A stretch of DNA of 63,545 bases, counting the filler, from Klebsormidium nitens (Eukaryota; Plantae; Klebsormidiophyceae): assembly GCA_000708835.1 (NCBI GenBank). It is 7 parts of 7 records of this genome, joined end to end, with 100 filler letters (N's around TTAATTAATTAA, not from the genome) between each part and the next. Parts side by side here need not be neighbours in the genome. Positions count along the whole stretch, not along the records: positions 50,703 to 63,545 come from DF237849.1; 6 more parts are not named here. One strand, 5' to 3'. The notes below the pieces were generated by a model. That model was not told the DNA's origin, ran no database searches, and was given only the letters and a program-made list of their open reading frames with translations. Positions within the stretch are counted from its first letter, which is position 1. Each line of letters opens with the position of its first letter. This document shows positions 62,501-63,545 of this stretch, one piece after another. Both the position numbers and the translations under genes were made by a program.

Positions 62501-63381
62501 GTCATTGAGAAAAATGCAGGCTTTCACGATGAAGGCTTCACTCTTCGTATAAGGAAAGGTGAAATGAGGAAGCTGAGAATGAGCAACAATCTTGTAATTC
62601 TTCACCAGCCGTTACTCCTTCATGGTCGGGAGGCGGAGAGAGGCGTGCAGGAGAGGCTGACTGCAGCCATCGAGTTGGGAGCGGTGCAGAGGCTCCGAGA
62701 CCAGACACGGGACCCCGCTCAGCGAGCGCGGCTGGTGAGCGAGACCGGGCCGGGGGCGGCAGCCTGGTTGTCGACCGCCCTGCTGTTTCAGGCACTGACG
62801 ATTGAGGATGAGTGCTTCCGAACGGCTTTGCGGAGTTGGCTTGGTTTGCGGCACCCGATGGTAGCGGGCATTGCGTTATGCGAGTGCGGGCAGTCCCTTC
62901 AGGGTCCTTTGGGAGGACAGCACTTGTTGCGTTGCGCTCGCGGGACGGTTGCGTGACGGTCGCGGACCCGTTGAGAGACGGGATGCTTCCGGAGGCCGCG
63001 GTTGAGCGCGGGCGGGCAGCACGGGATGCGGCGCAGGCAAAGACGGTGAAGTACGGCGATCACCCCGCTGACGACACCTTCATCCCCCTTGCGGTCCAGA
63101 CATACGGGTTTTTGAACTCCTCCTTCGATGAGTTCCTAGGCACTTGTGCTAGACGTGCAGCAGACCTGGGTGGCCTAGATTCGGCACCCATGGCATCTAG
63201 GTTACTGTGCTACTTCCGTCAGCGAGTTTCGGTTAGCCTCCAGCGTAGCCAGGCCCGGGCAGTTCACCATAGAGCGGCCCGCGCGATTGAGAGGTCGGTA
63301 GGTCTCAGAGCTCAGGTAGTCCAGGACGCCCGAGTTCGCAGTGCAGACTTGCACACTCTGTCTAGGGTAGGAGGATCCTAG
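59600..63381 (+). mobile_element. CRE-clade-like non-LTR retrotransposon (RT + CCHC finger + restriction-like endonuclease), 5'-truncated, frameshifted, interrupted
   Basis: RPLAVGEVLRRL, QYGVATPGGCEAV, VDLANAFNEVDR, QGDPLAG, YADD, LPTSLGGLG, CECG...HLLRC, KTVKY...FIPLAVQTYG, RVSVSLQR. Most of the RLE N-terminal part is deleted near 62950. Confidence 0.88.
61285..62623. mobile_element. Non-autonomous DNA element (Mutator-like TSD length) filled with two satellites
   Basis: 10-bp TSD GGTCGGGAGG (61275-61284, 62624-62633). Degenerate TIRs GTAA(T/C)GG...GTGAA(T/G)AATTACAA. Removal restores ARFGREAERGVQ. Confidence 0.8.
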
Positions 63382-63545
63382 AGACCGAGATCGAGGCTCG
63401 ACTTGTATATTTTCGGACTGTTGGCTTTGCCGACCCATTTATACCGGTAGACAGACCCGCACGATACCGTGGTACTAGTAGTACCGGTAGTAGGTTGTAA
63501 CGGTTGGCCAGCTAGATGCGAAGAGCTCGCAAAATAACTACACAT

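Noticed and set aside
1-63545. tRNA, rRNA or other structured RNA genes
   Set aside because: None recognised by eye; tRNAscan or Infernal would be needed to exclude them.

Overview
Eukaryotic, intron-rich, GC-rich draft-scaffold DNA from the green lineage. The HDR and delta-COP proteins are plant-like; a streptophyte alga such as Klebsormidium is my inference, not a database result. Six N-gaps carry an artificial TTAATTAATTAA linker. Host-gene block (0.3-32 kb): a broken ARM-repeat gene, a tandemly duplicated three-exon-like block, a young LINE, a 9-exon HDR/IspH gene head-to-head with a 10-exon coatomer delta gene, and a 5-exon gene for a von Hippel-Lindau (VHL) beta-domain protein. That protein aligns without gaps to human pVHL 63-138, keeps the hydroxyproline-pocket residues and shares the phase-1 Gly114 intron. 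Transposon-dense block (32-63.5 kb): two chromodomain Ty3/gypsy elements (one with a putative degenerate N6-adenine-methyltransferase-like domain between gag and protease), two tandem D5-type SF3 helicase copies, an NRF1/EIN3/DUF2841-like PPWWP ORF, a double-SWIM ORF with 36-37 nt introns, a multi-level nest of Ty1/copia LTRs resolved by target-site duplications, a MITE (a second lies at 27.6-28.3 kb), and a CRE-like non-LTR element split by a satellite-filled DNA element. All protein assignments are by-eye motif recognition; no searches were run.
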